The notes below the pieces were generated by a model, which saw nothing but the letters and a program-made list of their open reading frames with translations, ran no database searches and was not told the DNA's origin. Shown here piece after piece: positions 19,827 through 32,084 of a stretch of DNA of 64,000 nucleotides. A program made the translations under genes and the position numbers. Source of the DNA: Methanobacteriota archaeon (GTDB lineage Archaea > Thermoplasmatota > Poseidoniia > MGIII > CG-Epi1); contig JAAZXG010000003.1 in assembly GCA_014240255.1 (NCBI GenBank), positions 7,087 to 71,086 on the forward strand, given 5' to 3'. Positions within the stretch are counted from its first letter, which is position 1; every line of letters starts with the position of its first letter.

Positions 19827-20458
19827 TGTCTTCACGGCTTGTACTCGCTCTGGATGAAACAGATCCAGCTCGAGCTTTAGAGATTGCTAAGATAGTTTCC
19901 CCCTTTGTTGCTAAAATAAAGATTAATTATCCTTTAGTTTTATCTGCAGGATTAGGTATTGTTACTGAAATATCTAAGTTTTGTCCAGTAATTTGTGATT
20001 TTAAAGTTGCAGATATTCCTAATACAAACAGACTTATTTCAGAAGCAGTCTTTGATGCTGGAGCTTCAGGAATTATAGCACATGCTTTTCCAGGTCCGGA
20101 GTCTCTTAAGGCGATTAAAGAAGTAGCAGATTCTAAAGAAATTTATGTAGTAATAACTATGTCTCATCCTAAAGGTGGCGATTTTTTTGATATTGAAAGA
20201 TTTTGTGCTTTAGCTTTAGAAATAGGAGTTACTGGTGTAATTGCTCCAGCTACAAGACCTGAAGATGTAACTAAAATAAGAGATTTAGTAGGTAATTTAA
20301 AGATAATATCTCCAGGAGTAGGCGCTCAAGGAGGTAGTTCTCGTGAAACGCTCAAAGCTGGAGCAGATTACATAATTGTTGGAAGAGGAATTTATCTCTC
20401 AGATGATCCGGCAGCCGCAGCAGAAAAATATTCTCGTGAATTTTCAATAAATGATTAG
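19826..20458 (+). CDS. pyrF: Orotidine 5'-phosphate decarboxylase
   Basis: The LVLALDETD substrate-binding start, catalytic K in KINYPL, and the overall 210-aa OMPdecase pattern. Confidence 0.85.
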   Translation: MSSRLVLALDETDPARALEIAKIVSPFVAKIKINYPLVLSAGLGIVTEISKFCPVICDFKVADIPNTNRLISEAVFDAGASGIIAHAFPGPESLKAIKEVADSKEIYVVITMSHPKGGDFFDIERFCALALEIGVTGVIAPATRPEDVTKIRDLVGNLKIISPGVGAQGGSSRETLKAGADYIIVGRGIYLSDDPAAAAEKYSREFSIND

Positions 20459-21074
20459 GCTCAATTCGTTCTTTAAATCATTTGGTTCTAGAAAAATTTT
20501 AAGAGGTATTGATTTAGAAATAAATTCAGGTGAAATAGTAACATTAATTGGCAATAATGGAAGCGGTAAAACTACGTTACTCCGTTCTATCAATACTTTA
20601 GATTTTCCAGATAGTTATATCTTAGCTGAAGTAGATGGTTTTGATTTAGAGAAATATCCAGAAGAAGTTCGTTCACGTATAGGTTATTTGGCTCACAATC
20701 CACCCTTTTATCCGGAATTGTCTGGAGCTGAAAATCTGAAGTTATGGCTTGAATTGAACTCAATAGATGATGCAGAGGCAAGAGCTCGTGACTTTTTAGG
20801 TCAAGTTGGTTTAGTTTCTTTTAGTGATGATTTATCTGGTAACTATTCAAGAGGTATGATTCAGAGATTAGGTTTTGCTATGGCTCTTTCTCATTCACCA
20901 ACTACGTTACTTTTAGACGAACCATTTACAGGTCTTGACACGGAAGGTACTGAAATTATCTCTAATTTATTGAAGAAGGCTAAAGATAATGATTGTAGTA
21001 TTTTACTTGTTACTCATGATAAAGTCACCTATGCGGACAGATTAGTAGAGTTAGTTAGAGGTGAAATCAAATGA
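20451..21074 (+). CDS. ABC transporter ATP-binding protein (CcmA-like)
   Basis: Walker A GNNGSGKTTLL, an LSGNYSRGMIQRL signature-like segment, and Walker B LLLDEPFTGLD; 207 aa. Confidence 0.75.
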   Translation: MIRLNSFFKSFGSRKILRGIDLEINSGEIVTLIGNNGSGKTTLLRSINTLDFPDSYILAEVDGFDLEKYPEEVRSRIGYLAHNPPFYPELSGAENLKLWLELNSIDDAEARARDFLGQVGLVSFSDDLSGNYSRGMIQRLGFAMALSHSPTTLLLDEPFTGLDTEGTEIISNLLKKAKDNDCSILLVTHDKVTYADRLVELVRGEIK

Positions 21075-21721
21075 ATTCGATAATTGTTCTTATCAAAAAG
21101 GAATTGAAAATAGAGTTCAGATCATTACAAGGTATAGTTGCATCATGTATGCTTTCTTTTATGATTTTAATGTCCTTTAAATTTTCTATAGTTACTAATT
21201 CATTAATCACAGGTTCAGGAATTCTGTGGGCTTCTATTTTGTTAACCGGTTTGGGTTTGATTACACATATTTCCACACGAGAAGTAGAAAGAGGTACGTT
21301 AGATATTCTCAAATTGTCTTCAATATCACGATATCAATTATTTTTAGGAAGGATGTTTGGTTCTTTAGCACTTTTATGGGTTTTGAGTAGTGTAATTTTT
21401 GTTCTTTATGTTGTAATATTTGAAAATCAATTTGGTAATGACTTATTCTTAGCTTATTTGGTAGTTTTATTTGGTTGCATAGGTCTTTCTGCAGTTGGAA
21501 TCTTAGCTGCAAGTAGTGCCACACCATTGCATGGTGGTTGGATGATTACATCTCTTTTTGCTATACCTATTCTATTGTTTACAGTTATTGAAGCTGCAAT
21601 TAGGTGTACAGATTCTTTAATTACAGGCTCATCTAATTTTGAATTAGCATTTATGCTATTAGTTCTTTACAATGCAGTTTTCGTATTTGGTGGAGCTTGG
21701 TTGAGCGAGATTTCAGAATAA
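21071..21721 (+). CDS. ABC-2/CcmB-like transporter permease
   Basis: 216 aa, about 6 TM, overlapping the upstream ATPase gene by 4 nt. Confidence 0.5.
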   Translation: MNSIIVLIKKELKIEFRSLQGIVASCMLSFMILMSFKFSIVTNSLITGSGILWASILLTGLGLITHISTREVERGTLDILKLSSISRYQLFLGRMFGSLALLWVLSSVIFVLYVVIFENQFGNDLFLAYLVVLFGCIGLSAVGILAASSATPLHGGWMITSLFAIPILLFTVIEAAIRCTDSLITGSSNFELAFMLLVLYNAVFVFGGAWLSEISE

Positions 21722-21988
21722 GTTCACACCTTCTTCTCTCAACAAGTTTATCTTCTGTTTAACACCACCAGATCCACTATAGCCTCCAATATCACCATTA
21801 GAACATATTACTCTGTGACAAGGTGTTTTGATTGGGTTTGGATTTGCTCCACAAGCATTTGCAACCGCTCTTGCAGCTTTAGAATGTCCAATATTTTCAG
21901 CAATTTGCCTATAAGTTATAACTTTTCCACAAGGTATTTTGTCTATTTCACTCCAGACTTTCCTTTGGAAAGTAGTTCCTTCACTCAT
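21713..21988 (-). CDS. ogt: Methylated-DNA-protein-cysteine methyltransferase, DNA-binding/active-site domain only
   Basis: Active-site PCHRV motif, [23 protein letters not shown], 91 aa. Confidence 0.8.
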   Translation of the reverse strand: MSEGTTFQRKVWSEIDKIPCGKVITYRQIAENIGHSKAARAVANACGANPNPIKTPCHRVICSNGDIGGYSGSGGVKQKINLLREEGVNLF

Positions 21989-22355
21989 TTTTTAATTTTA
22001 GTGAAGCTGAATTAATACAATATCTCAAACCAGTAGGTTGAGGGCCATCATCAAACAAATGTCCTAAGTGAGATTTACAGTTCGAGCAAACTACTTCAAC
22101 ACGTTTCATTCCATAGGATATATCTTCTTTTTCAGTAATAATTTCTTTAGTAGCTTCTTTGAAAAAACTAGGCCATCCAGTTCCCGAATCAAATTTGTGT
22201 TCAGATTCAAATAAAATTTCATCACAGCATGTACAATGATAATTTCCGTTATCATGACAATCCCAATATTCATTGTCAAATGGAGGTTCTGTAGCACTAC
22301 ATCTGCACACTTGGTATTGTTCTGGAGTTAGTTTATCCTTCCATTCATCTTCCAT
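21981..22355 (-). CDS. msrB: Peptide-methionine (R)-S-oxide reductase
   Basis: The SelR pattern: two CxxC zinc sites (CRCS...CTCCDE; [10 protein letters not shown]) and the catalytic RYCINSASL. Confidence 0.85.
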   Translation of the reverse strand: MEDEWKDKLTPEQYQVCRCSATEPPFDNEYWDCHDNGNYHCTCCDEILFESEHKFDSGTGWPSFFKEATKEIITEKEDISYGMKRVEVVCSNCKSHLGHLFDDGPQPTGLRYCINSASLKLKNE

Positions 22356-23542
22356 TATATGATTCCTGAGGATTTTCCGCCTTTCTCGAATGCATTCAGT
22401 GCATGATCTAAATCCTCTTTCTCTAATCCCGTACTCATCATAACTCTAATTCTAGATTTGTCAGGAGCAACCATTGGGAAAACAATTGGTAATGCAAAAA
22501 CATCCAATTTCAATAGTTCTGCACTCAATTCTTTAGCTTTATGAGATTCACCGCACATTACTGGAATAATCGGGGTTTCAGATACTCCTGTATCAAATCC
22601 CATAGTTTGGACTTCTTTTCTGAAATATTCAGTATTTGACCATAGTTTCTCGACATGTTCAGGTTCCGATTCCAAGACTTCAATTGAAGCTTTACAAGCA
22701 GCAATAGTGGCAGGAGGCGCAGAACCAGACAGCAACATTGTTCTTGATTTGTTGAAAGCATAATCAACCATGTGTTTTTCACCAGCAACAAGGCCACCTA
22801 CGACTCCAAATGCTTTGGAAAAAGATCCAGATTCCATATCAACTTCATCTTCAACTCCAAAATGGGCACCAATTCCTCTTCCACCAGCTAGTACACCTTC
22901 ACCATGACAATCATCAATGTATGTCATAGCTCCGTATTCTATCGCTAATTTTGTTATTTTATCCAAAGGAGCAATATCGCCATCCATAGAGAAGACACCA
23001 TCACTAATTACCAAAGTTTTTTCACTTTCCTTTGTGGCTTCTTTCAATCTATCTTCCAATTCTCCCATATCATTGTGGGCATAAATTGTTCGATTTTCTT
23101 TTTTTACACTAGATAATCTCACTCCATCAATAATTGACCCATGGTTAAGTTGATCTGAAATAATAGAATCATTTTTACCTACTAATTGTGGAATCAATCC
23201 TGAATTTACAGCAAATCCAGTTTGGTAATACAGTGCAGCTTCACGATTTTTGAATCTTGCAATGGTTTCTTCTAATTCATTGTGGATATCCATATTACCA
23301 GCAATAGGTCTAACACTTCCACTTCCGGCGCCATGAGATTTTACTGCATCAATGGCAGCTTGTTTGACTTTAGGATGGTTACTCATGCTGAGATAATTAT
23401 TTGCACAGAGCATGATTCTTTCTTTGTCATCGATAATAGTTTTACCAGTTGATGGTCCACTAATTACAGGAGGTTTCCAATCAAATCCTTTTTTGACTAA
23501 GTCTTCATATTCAGATTTCATCCAGTCAGTCGGCGTAGTCAT
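22355..23542 (-). CDS. kbl: 2-amino-3-ketobutyrate CoA ligase (glycine C-acetyltransferase), PLP-dependent
   Basis: Class-II aminotransferase / AONS-family fold with PLP-lysine SFSKAFG. The adjacent threonine dehydrogenase favours Kbl over BioF. Confidence 0.8.
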   Translation of the reverse strand: MTTPTDWMKSEYEDLVKKGFDWKPPVISGPSTGKTIIDDKERIMLCANNYLSMSNHPKVKQAAIDAVKSHGAGSGSVRPIAGNMDIHNELEETIARFKNREAALYYQTGFAVNSGLIPQLVGKNDSIISDQLNHGSIIDGVRLSSVKKENRTIYAHNDMGELEDRLKEATKESEKTLVISDGVFSMDGDIAPLDKITKLAIEYGAMTYIDDCHGEGVLAGGRGIGAHFGVEDEVDMESGSFSKAFGVVGGLVAGEKHMVDYAFNKSRTMLLSGSAPPATIAACKASIEVLESEPEHVEKLWSNTEYFRKEVQTMGFDTGVSETPIIPVMCGESHKAKELSAELLKLDVFALPIVFPMVAPDKSRIRVMMSTGLEKEDLDHALNAFEKGGKSSGII

Positions 23543-24486
23543 TAATTCCTCAAATTTTTCAGCATATCCTTAGTCATACTAGTGAGATTAAAACTTGGTT
23601 TCCATCCCCATTCCTCTTTTGCAGCGTCATCATTTACAGAGATAGGCCATGAATTTGCAATCTCCTGGCGATAATCCGGTTTAAAGTTACATTCAAAATC
23701 AGGCATTATTTTCTGAATGGCTTCTACAAGTTCCAAAGCTGTAAAGCTCATTCCAGATAGATTATAATTCGAATGATGTTTTAGAGACTCTAATGGAGCT
23801 TCCATAAGTTCCAAAGTTGCTCTAATTGCATCAGGCATATACATCATTGGCAATTTAGTTTGTTCATTTACAAAACATTGATAGTTTTCATTTTTAGCAG
23901 CCTTAAAATAAATCTCGACTGCATAATCCGTGGTTCCTCCATTTGGTCTATTCTTCCAGCTAATTAATCCAGGATATCGTATTCCCCTAATATCAATATT
24001 ATATTTATTAAAATAATAATCACATAATAATTCTCCAGCTACTTTAGTTAAACCATAAACAGTAGTTGGATTCAATGCAACATCTTGAGGCGTATTTTCT
24101 TTTGGTATATCTGGTCCAAAAACGGCAATAGAGCTTGGACAGAATATCCGTTGTTCATATTCCCTAGCCACCTCTAGAACGTTTTGAAGTCCATTCATGT
24201 TAATATCAAAACAGAGTTTTGGATTTTTTTCCCCTGTAGCAGATAATATAGCTGCCAAATGGTACACTGTACCAATATTATTATCATTCACTATTTTTTT
24301 ATATTTATTAAAATCTAATATATTACATATCTTGAATGGGCCGTTCTTTGCCACTTCAGTTTCTCTTATATCTATGGCCATTACATTTTCAGTACCATAT
24401 TTTTCTCTAAGCGCAGCCGTTAATTCAATTCCAATTTGACCTGCGGCACCAGTTACTAGAATTTTTTTGGTATTATCAATAGACAC
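23542..24486 (-). CDS. tdh: L-threonine 3-dehydrogenase, NAD-dependent epimerase/dehydratase (extended SDR) type
   Basis: Rossmann VTGAAGQIG motif and YxxxK (YGLTK), 314 aa. The start overlaps the kbl stop, giving a threonine-to-glycine operon. Confidence 0.7.
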   Translation of the reverse strand: MSIDNTKKILVTGAAGQIGIELTAALREKYGTENVMAIDIRETEVAKNGPFKICNILDFNKYKKIVNDNNIGTVYHLAAILSATGEKNPKLCFDINMNGLQNVLEVAREYEQRIFCPSSIAVFGPDIPKENTPQDVALNPTTVYGLTKVAGELLCDYYFNKYNIDIRGIRYPGLISWKNRPNGGTTDYAVEIYFKAAKNENYQCFVNEQTKLPMMYMPDAIRATLELMEAPLESLKHHSNYNLSGMSFTALELVEAIQKIMPDFECNFKPDYRQEIANSWPISVNDDAAKEEWGWKPSFNLTSMTKDMLKNLRN

Positions 24487-24557
24487 ATATGGGCACTGTT
24501 GGCATTATTTTATAATGATTCCCAAAGAGTCATTAAATGCTTGTTTCATGGGATTTT

Positions 24558-25232
24558 ATGAGAAATGATTCCCCAATCATAATTGTGAACCTAAAAGCAT
24601 ACGAGCAGGGTTATGGTGCAGACGGTTTTGACTTATGTAAAATAATGGAAGAAATATCTATTGAATATAATGTAAACTTAGCAGCCGCCGTTTCCGCTAT
24701 TGATTTAGTAGATTTTAGTGATAATCTAAAAATTCCTATATTCGCACAGCATGTTGATGGTGTAAACTATGGATCACATACTGGATCTATATTACCTGAA
24801 GCAGTTAGATATTCCGGGGCAGTTGGTACTTTGGTAAATCATGCTGAGTGCCAAATGAGTTGGGAAGAGATTGAAAAAACAATAAATCGCTGTAAGGAGC
24901 TTGGGTTATCGACAGTTCTTTGTACTGCAGATTTAGAATCTTCAGAAAAAGGAGCGCATTTTAATCCCGATATGATTGCAGTAGAACCTCCTGAATTGAT
25001 CGGAGGAGATATCTCAGTTTCAACAGCTAAACCTGAAATAATCTCAGATACTGTTGAAATAGTTAAGAAGATAAATTCAGATATCGCAGTACTTTGCGGT
25101 GCAGGAGTAAAGAACCAAGATGACATTTCTAAAGCAATATCTTTGGGTTCCCAAGGAATCTTGCTTGCATCGGGTGTTGTTAAATCATCGGAACCAAGGA
25201 AAGTTTTGTTAGATTTAATTAAAGGATTATAA
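24558..25232 (+). CDS. tpiA: Triosephosphate isomerase, archaeal short type
   Basis: IIVNLKAYEQ...NHAEC...GAGVKN matches archaeal TIM. TTTATAAT sits at about 24509. The start is taken at the internal ATG downstream of the predicted TSS; the ORF track begins at 24537. Confidence 0.75.
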   Translation: MRNDSPIIIVNLKAYEQGYGADGFDLCKIMEEISIEYNVNLAAAVSAIDLVDFSDNLKIPIFAQHVDGVNYGSHTGSILPEAVRYSGAVGTLVNHAECQMSWEEIEKTINRCKELGLSTVLCTADLESSEKGAHFNPDMIAVEPPELIGGDISVSTAKPEIISDTVEIVKKINSDIAVLCGAGVKNQDDISKAISLGSQGILLASGVVKSSEPRKVLLDLIKGL

Positions 25233-25332
25233 TCAATTTTATATAGGGGCTGGAGTAGACAACCTCAGGTTGGTTACTGCTTGTGAAATTTATCACTCGG
25301 AGGCTTGCCTAACTCAAATACGGAGTAAAAAA

Positions 25333-25599
25333 ATGTCGATTGGAATTGAACCTTTAGGAGAGATGGTTCTTATAGAACTAGAACAAGCTGCTGAAAAGAC
25401 AGCTAGCGGATTTATGCTACCAGAAGCTGCCAGAGAGAAAATGAATGTAGGTACTGTTGTTTCAGCAGGCCCAGATTCAGAAAATGTTAAGTCTGGAGAC
25501 AGAGTAGTATACAAGAAATATGCAGGAACAGAATTAACCTGGGAAGATAGAGATTATCTTTTGGTAAAATCAGAAGATCTTCAAGCAAAGGTCAAGTGA
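25333..25599 (+). CDS. groES: Co-chaperonin GroES (Cpn10), bacterial type
   Basis: IEPLGEMVLIE...SGFMLPEAAREKMNVGTVVSAGPD...GDRVVYKKYAGTE; GGAG lies 9 nt upstream of the ATG; 88 aa. Confidence 0.8.
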   Translation: MSIGIEPLGEMVLIELEQAAEKTASGFMLPEAAREKMNVGTVVSAGPDSENVKSGDRVVYKKYAGTELTWEDRDYLLVKSEDLQAKVK

Positions 25600-25604
25600 G
25601 GTAA

Positions 25605-27266
<1,662 letters not shown>

Positions 27267-27271
27267 GGATT

Positions 27272-27748
27272 TTATCCTTTCAAATCAATAAGTCTATTCA
27301 AAACAGCTTCGGCATGACCTTTAGCCTTTACATTAGGCCAAGCCTCAGAAATATTTCCGTCAGGATTAATCAGATATGTTGTCCTTACAACACCCATGTA
27401 TGTTTTACCATACATTGATTTTTCTTTCCAGACTCCATAATCAGAGAGCATAGTCTTTTCGGTATCGGCTAAAAGTTCAATTTTTAAGTCGTATTTATCA
27501 ATAAATTTACAGTGTTTAGCCTCATTATCAGGACTTACGCCAATTACAACGGCATTGTTATCCTGAAATTCAGAATATAATTCAGTAAATTCATTTGCTT
27601 CTATAGTACATCCTGGAGTATCGTCTCTTGGATAAAAATAAATGACAGTCCATTTTCCAGATAATTTTTCCAAATTAATAGGTTTTCCATCTTGGTTTGG
27701 GATTGTAAAATCAGGTGCTTTGTTTCCAACTTCTAATATATCACTCAT
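27272..27748 (-). CDS. bcp: Peroxiredoxin, Bcp-type thiol peroxidase
   Basis: GKWTVIYFYPRDDTPGCTIEANEF carries the peroxidatic Cys motif; 158 aa. Confidence 0.8.
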   Translation of the reverse strand: MSDILEVGNKAPDFTIPNQDGKPINLEKLSGKWTVIYFYPRDDTPGCTIEANEFTELYSEFQDNNAVVIGVSPDNEAKHCKFIDKYDLKIELLADTEKTMLSDYGVWKEKSMYGKTYMGVVRTTYLINPDGNISEAWPNVKAKGHAEAVLNRLIDLKG

Positions 27749-27779
27749 TGAGCTTCATCTGGAGCGCGATAAATAAATT

Positions 27780-29324
27780 TTACAGCGGTATGTTTCCGTG
27801 TTTGCGCTTAGGTTGTTCTTCTCTCTTATTTCCGTACCGTTCTAGAGCAACTAATAATTCTTTTCTTGTATCTCTTGGGAAAATTACTCTATCAATATAT
27901 CCCATTTCAGCAGCTATATACGGTGAGGCAAATTTTTCCTTGTATTCTTCAGTTAATTCTTTATGTCTTTTCTCAGGGTCCTCAGCTTCTTTAATTTCAT
28001 TTCTAAATATTATGTTCACAGCACCTTCTGAGCCCATTACTGCAATTTCTGCAGTTGGCCAAGCTACGTTTAGATCTGCTCGTATATGTTTTGAAGACAT
28101 AACATCATACGCACCACCATACGCTTTTCTTGTAATAACTGTTAATTTTGGAACAGAAGCTTCAGAAAAAGCATACAATAATTTTGCCCCATGCCTAATA
28201 ATTCCTCCGTGTTCTTGCTCAGTACCTGGAAGAAAACCAGGCACGTCTACAAAGGTTACTAAGGGAATGTTAAAAGCATCACAAAAGCGTACAAAACGAG
28301 CAGCTTTAGTTGACGCGTCGATATCCAAACAACCAGCTAATACCAAAGGCTGATTTGCAACTATTCCGACTGGATGCCCTCTTAATCTTGTAAAACCAGT
28401 AATGATATTCTTAGCCCAATGCGGTTGCAGTTCGAATAAATCATCATCAAAAACTAAATTGATAACATCACGCATATCATAGGGTTCATTAGAATTATCA
28501 GGGATAATTGAATCTAGTTCTTTGACTTCGTTATTTTCTTCTGTTGTATAATTCGTAATTGGAACTCCTTCAGCATTATTTTGAGGAATATAACTTATTA
28601 ATTCTCTTAATGCATCAAATGCATCTTCTTCAGATTCACATGCTAAGTGTGAAACTCCAGATAGCGAATTATGAGTCATAGCACCTCCTAATTCTTCAAA
28701 AGATACATTCTCGTGAGTAACGGTTTTGATAACGTCAGGACCAGTTATGAACATATGACTCGTATCTTTTACCATAATAGTAAAATCAGTCATTGCAGGA
28801 CTATAAACTGCACCACCTGCACAAGGTCCTAATATTAAAGAAAATTGAGGTATAACTCCTGAAGAAGTTACATTTCTGTAAAATATTTCTGCATATCCTC
28901 CCAAGCTAACTACACCTTCTTGGATACGGGCACCTCCTGAATCATTTAATCCAATAATAGGGCAACCTGTTTTCACAGCCATGTCCATAACTTTACAGAT
29001 TTTTTTAGCGTGAGCTTCTCCCAGAGCACCTCCAAAAACTGTAAAATCTTGAGCAAAAATATAGACAGTACGGCCGTTAATGGTTCCATGCCCAGTAATA
29101 ACTCCATCACCATCAGGCCTCTTTTTGTCTAACCCAAAATTAGTGTTTCTATGTTTTACCATAGCATCTAGTTCAACAAATGATTCAGAATCAAGTAATG
29201 CAATAACGCGTTCACGCGCAATCATTTTCCCAGCCTTGTGTTGTTTATCAATTCTTTTAGGGTCTCCACGAGAGAGATTACTGAGTTTTTTCTCAAGTTC
29301 ATCAATTTTCTCAGAGGTTCCCAT
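27780..29324 (-). CDS. pccB: Acyl-CoA carboxylase carboxyltransferase subunit (propionyl-CoA carboxylase beta / methylmalonyl-CoA decarboxylase alpha family)
   Basis: 514 aa with the duplicated crotonase-like CT fold ([42 protein letters not shown]). Confidence 0.85.
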   Translation of the reverse strand: MGTSEKIDELEKKLSNLSRGDPKRIDKQHKAGKMIARERVIALLDSESFVELDAMVKHRNTNFGLDKKRPDGDGVITGHGTINGRTVYIFAQDFTVFGGALGEAHAKKICKVMDMAVKTGCPIIGLNDSGGARIQEGVVSLGGYAEIFYRNVTSSGVIPQFSLILGPCAGGAVYSPAMTDFTIMVKDTSHMFITGPDVIKTVTHENVSFEELGGAMTHNSLSGVSHLACESEEDAFDALRELISYIPQNNAEGVPITNYTTEENNEVKELDSIIPDNSNEPYDMRDVINLVFDDDLFELQPHWAKNIITGFTRLRGHPVGIVANQPLVLAGCLDIDASTKAARFVRFCDAFNIPLVTFVDVPGFLPGTEQEHGGIIRHGAKLLYAFSEASVPKLTVITRKAYGGAYDVMSSKHIRADLNVAWPTAEIAVMGSEGAVNIIFRNEIKEAEDPEKRHKELTEEYKEKFASPYIAAEMGYIDRVIFPRDTRKELLVALERYGNKREEQPKRKHGNIPL

Positions 29325-29398
29325 TGAGCTCCTATCGCAGCAGTTCTATAACTTTGTCCCTGCCCAAAGCACTTAACTTCTACCTCCAATAACCTCAT

Positions 29399-30655
29399 GT
29401 GACTCAAGGCGTCCGTGGCACTCGTGATTTTTATCCAGAAGATATGAGATTACGTAATTGGTTATTTGATAACTTCACGTATGCAGCTCTTTTACATGGT
29501 TTTGAAGAATATGATGCTCCAGTTTTAGAACATGAAGATTTGTACACCCGAAAGCAAGGTGAAGAAATAACTCAACAATTATATAATTTTCAAGATAAGG
29601 GCGATCGAAAGGTTGCTTTACGACCTGAGATGACACCTTCATTAGCACGTATGGTTATGGCAAGAGCTGGTGGGTTGGCAATGCCAATTAAATGGTTTTC
29701 AATACCACAATGTTGGCGCTATGAGAGAACTCAAAAAGGTAGAGGAAGGGAACATTATCAATGGAATGTAGATATTTGGGGAACTACTGAAATAACAGCA
29801 GATGCAGAATTAATATCAGTTTTAGTTACATTCTTTGAAGGTGTTGGTTTAACAGCTGAAGATTTAGTAATTCGTATTAGTAATCGAAAAGTTCTTGAAG
29901 AAGTATTGGGATCCTTAGATATTAAAGGCGATAATTTTGCTAAAACATGTATTATTGTTGACAAGATGGATAAACTTTCTTCTAATTTAGTAGAGAAACA
30001 GTTATCAGATTTAGGTCATGATTCTAAGACAATAAGCACGATTCAATCATTTTTAGGCATTAAAAGCATGAAAGAACTCCAAAAAGCTCTCAATAATGAT
30101 AGTGTTGCAGTTTCTGAACTTAATTTTCTGTTTGATGCTATAGAATCTTATGGAATGTCTGAATGGGTTGAATTTGATGCATCTATAGTTCGAGGTCTTG
30201 CATATTATACAGGTTCAGTTTTTGAAGTTCATGATAGAGGAGATAAGTTTAGAGCGATTTGTGGTGGAGGTAGATACGACAAACTTCTTTCGACTTTAGG
30301 TGGTAAAGATTTACCTGCAACAGGTTTTGGTTTTGGCGATATGGTCATTATGGAATTACTTTCTGAAAAAGGATTAGTGCCTGAATTATTAAGTGGTGTT
30401 GAAGACATAGTAATCTCTTTAGATCCAGAGTTAAGAGATATTGCAGTTATGGTCGCAACCTCATTACGGGATTCTCAAAGAATGGTTGATTTAGTTCTCG
30501 AGGATAAGAAGATGAAATGGGCTTTCAAACATGCTGAACGTATTGGTGCTAAACGCTTAGTTCTTGTTGGTCCTGAGGAGTGGTCTCGTAAAATGGTTAA
30601 GATTAAAGATTTAGAAACAGGTGAAGAATCTGAAGTTTCTGTAAGTGATATCTAA
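29399..30655 (+). CDS. hisS: Histidyl-tRNA synthetase (GTG start)
   Basis: Class II motifs GTRDFYPED, RYERTQKGRGREHYQ and GGGRYD, plus a C-terminal anticodon-binding domain. Confidence 0.9.
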   Translation: MTQGVRGTRDFYPEDMRLRNWLFDNFTYAALLHGFEEYDAPVLEHEDLYTRKQGEEITQQLYNFQDKGDRKVALRPEMTPSLARMVMARAGGLAMPIKWFSIPQCWRYERTQKGRGREHYQWNVDIWGTTEITADAELISVLVTFFEGVGLTAEDLVIRISNRKVLEEVLGSLDIKGDNFAKTCIIVDKMDKLSSNLVEKQLSDLGHDSKTISTIQSFLGIKSMKELQKALNNDSVAVSELNFLFDAIESYGMSEWVEFDASIVRGLAYYTGSVFEVHDRGDKFRAICGGGRYDKLLSTLGGKDLPATGFGFGDMVIMELLSEKGLVPELLSGVEDIVISLDPELRDIAVMVATSLRDSQRMVDLVLEDKKMKWAFKHAERIGAKRLVLVGPEEWSRKMVKIKDLETGEESEVSVSDI

Positions 30656-31926
30656 ACTTCACATTCATTCAGAGGTTTATCTTCTCTTGTTCTTATAATA
30701 ATTGGAAACTCAAAACATAGTTGACCTTTATCATTTCTGCTTTGCCTACTTTGGTATTCTAGCTCTACAGCAAACCAATCTTTTTCTTGGAGATCCGTTT
30801 TTCTAAGTTCATATCCTTTTTTAATCAAATCAGCAGTTATAAGGTCCATATTTTCTTCGCCGAGCCTTCCACCTCCTGCCCATCCACAGTCAACTATGAC
30901 GGGATCATCAAAAAATGGGCTTTCCTCATATTGAGCTAATCTAAATCTCGCAAATCTGACTTCATGTTTACCCGATCCTGGACAAACTTTTGTAACAATA
31001 CAATCAGTAGTTTCAATAAATTTGAATTTATATGATCCTTTTCGCTTAGGTTTTCCATTCATAGTGAATGTAATTACATCTTCAGGTCTTCGGAGTATAA
31101 ATCCCTCCCATTCTTTTTTAGTAGCTTTATTTGCCATTTCCTCAGTAAAAATAGAAACTTCACGTTTTCCAAATATACTTGTTAACTCTAATCTTTCCGT
31201 GAATGGTAATTCAGTTACATCTTCTCCATTCCAAAATATAACATCAAAAACCTTGTAGTCAAATTGATACCCTTCATCAATTAGGAAGTTATATTTGGCT
31301 AATGCTTTTGCCTCAGTTGTAGTTTCTGTTGTTACAGCTTTGAGAACTTTGGGATCTTCTATCCCTTTTGAATCAATAGCAACTAATTCGCCAATAACTA
31401 AAGATTCATCAGGTAAAAGTTTTAGATTATCTTTAATTTGTGGAACTACTGATAAAATCCCAGTTATTGGTTTTATTCTTCGAGTATATCCTATTTGCTC
31501 ATTTCCAGTATTGTGTAGTAGAATACACGAACCATTATGTTTTCTTTCGGCTAACCAGTTACCGTCATACGGGTCATCTTTTTCTTTTAATTTACTGATT
31601 GGTTTAGAGGGTGCAAAAGCTTGAGTTAAAACTGAGCTAACAACTGCCGTTTCACCGATAACTGCATCTTTTCTGTTCTCGACGTATCCTTCTTCTTTTT
31701 TCTTTTTTACTTTTCTTTCAAATTCCAAAATAGCTTGTTCATTATCCGAAGTTTCATTAGATCGCCCTTTATTTTTCCCGGAGATTGTTTCATTTGTATT
31801 TTGCTTCTTACCGTCTTCTTCGTCTTTCGAAGTCCACCATTCAGTAAAAATTTGGTTATCATTTACTTCGATAACCATATGTTTTAGTCTGCCAGTCAGA
31901 TGTTTTTGGTATAATGTAACTTTCAT
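30652..31926 (-). CDS. Compact ATP-dependent DNA/RNA ligase-like nucleotidyltransferase with an atypical motif I
   Basis: Ligase-like motif order is preserved: I AERKHNGSC (K-H-N-G where KxDG is expected), III LVIGELVAID, IIIa YKVFDVIFWNGEDVTELPFTERLEL, IV EGFILRRPE, V SYKFKFIE, followed by an OB-like tail. The N-terminal 100 aa are K/E/N-rich low complexity. Confidence 0.4.
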   Translation of the reverse strand: MKVTLYQKHLTGRLKHMVIEVNDNQIFTEWWTSKDEEDGKKQNTNETISGKNKGRSNETSDNEQAILEFERKVKKKKEEGYVENRKDAVIGETAVVSSVLTQAFAPSKPISKLKEKDDPYDGNWLAERKHNGSCILLHNTGNEQIGYTRRIKPITGILSVVPQIKDNLKLLPDESLVIGELVAIDSKGIEDPKVLKAVTTETTTEAKALAKYNFLIDEGYQFDYKVFDVIFWNGEDVTELPFTERLELTSIFGKREVSIFTEEMANKATKKEWEGFILRRPEDVITFTMNGKPKRKGSYKFKFIETTDCIVTKVCPGSGKHEVRFARFRLAQYEESPFFDDPVIVDCGWAGGGRLGEENMDLITADLIKKGYELRKTDLQEKDWFAVELEYQSRQSRNDKGQLCFEFPIIIRTREDKPLNECEV

Positions 31927-31960
31927 TCTGATTACCTAAATAGTTAACCAATATAAAAAA

Positions 31961-32039
31961 TGGGGCGAGGCCCGGGAGTCGAACCCGGGACAAGGGATCC
32001 ACAATCCCCCAGTTTAACCAACACTAGCCTAGCCTCGCC
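31961..32039 (-). tRNA. tRNA-His (anticodon GTG) with genome-encoded G-1 and CCA
   Basis: GGCGAGGCTAGG...GGGGA-TTGTGGA-TCCCT...CCGGGTTCGACTCCCGG-GCCTCGC-C-CCA. The extra 5' G pairs with discriminator C73, which is the His identity feature. The D-stem is imperfect. Confidence 0.7.
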
Positions 32040-32084
32040 AATTCTTTAGCGATTGAAAGGGTATTAGATAAAATTACTTGATTC

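Noticed and set aside
25237-25332. Search for a CIRCE (TTAGCACTC-N9-GAGTGCTAA) operator upstream of groES
   Set aside because: Only a half-site-like ttatcactc is present, without the inverted partner. There is no convincing CIRCE; TTTATATA at about 25237 fits an archaeal TATA box instead.
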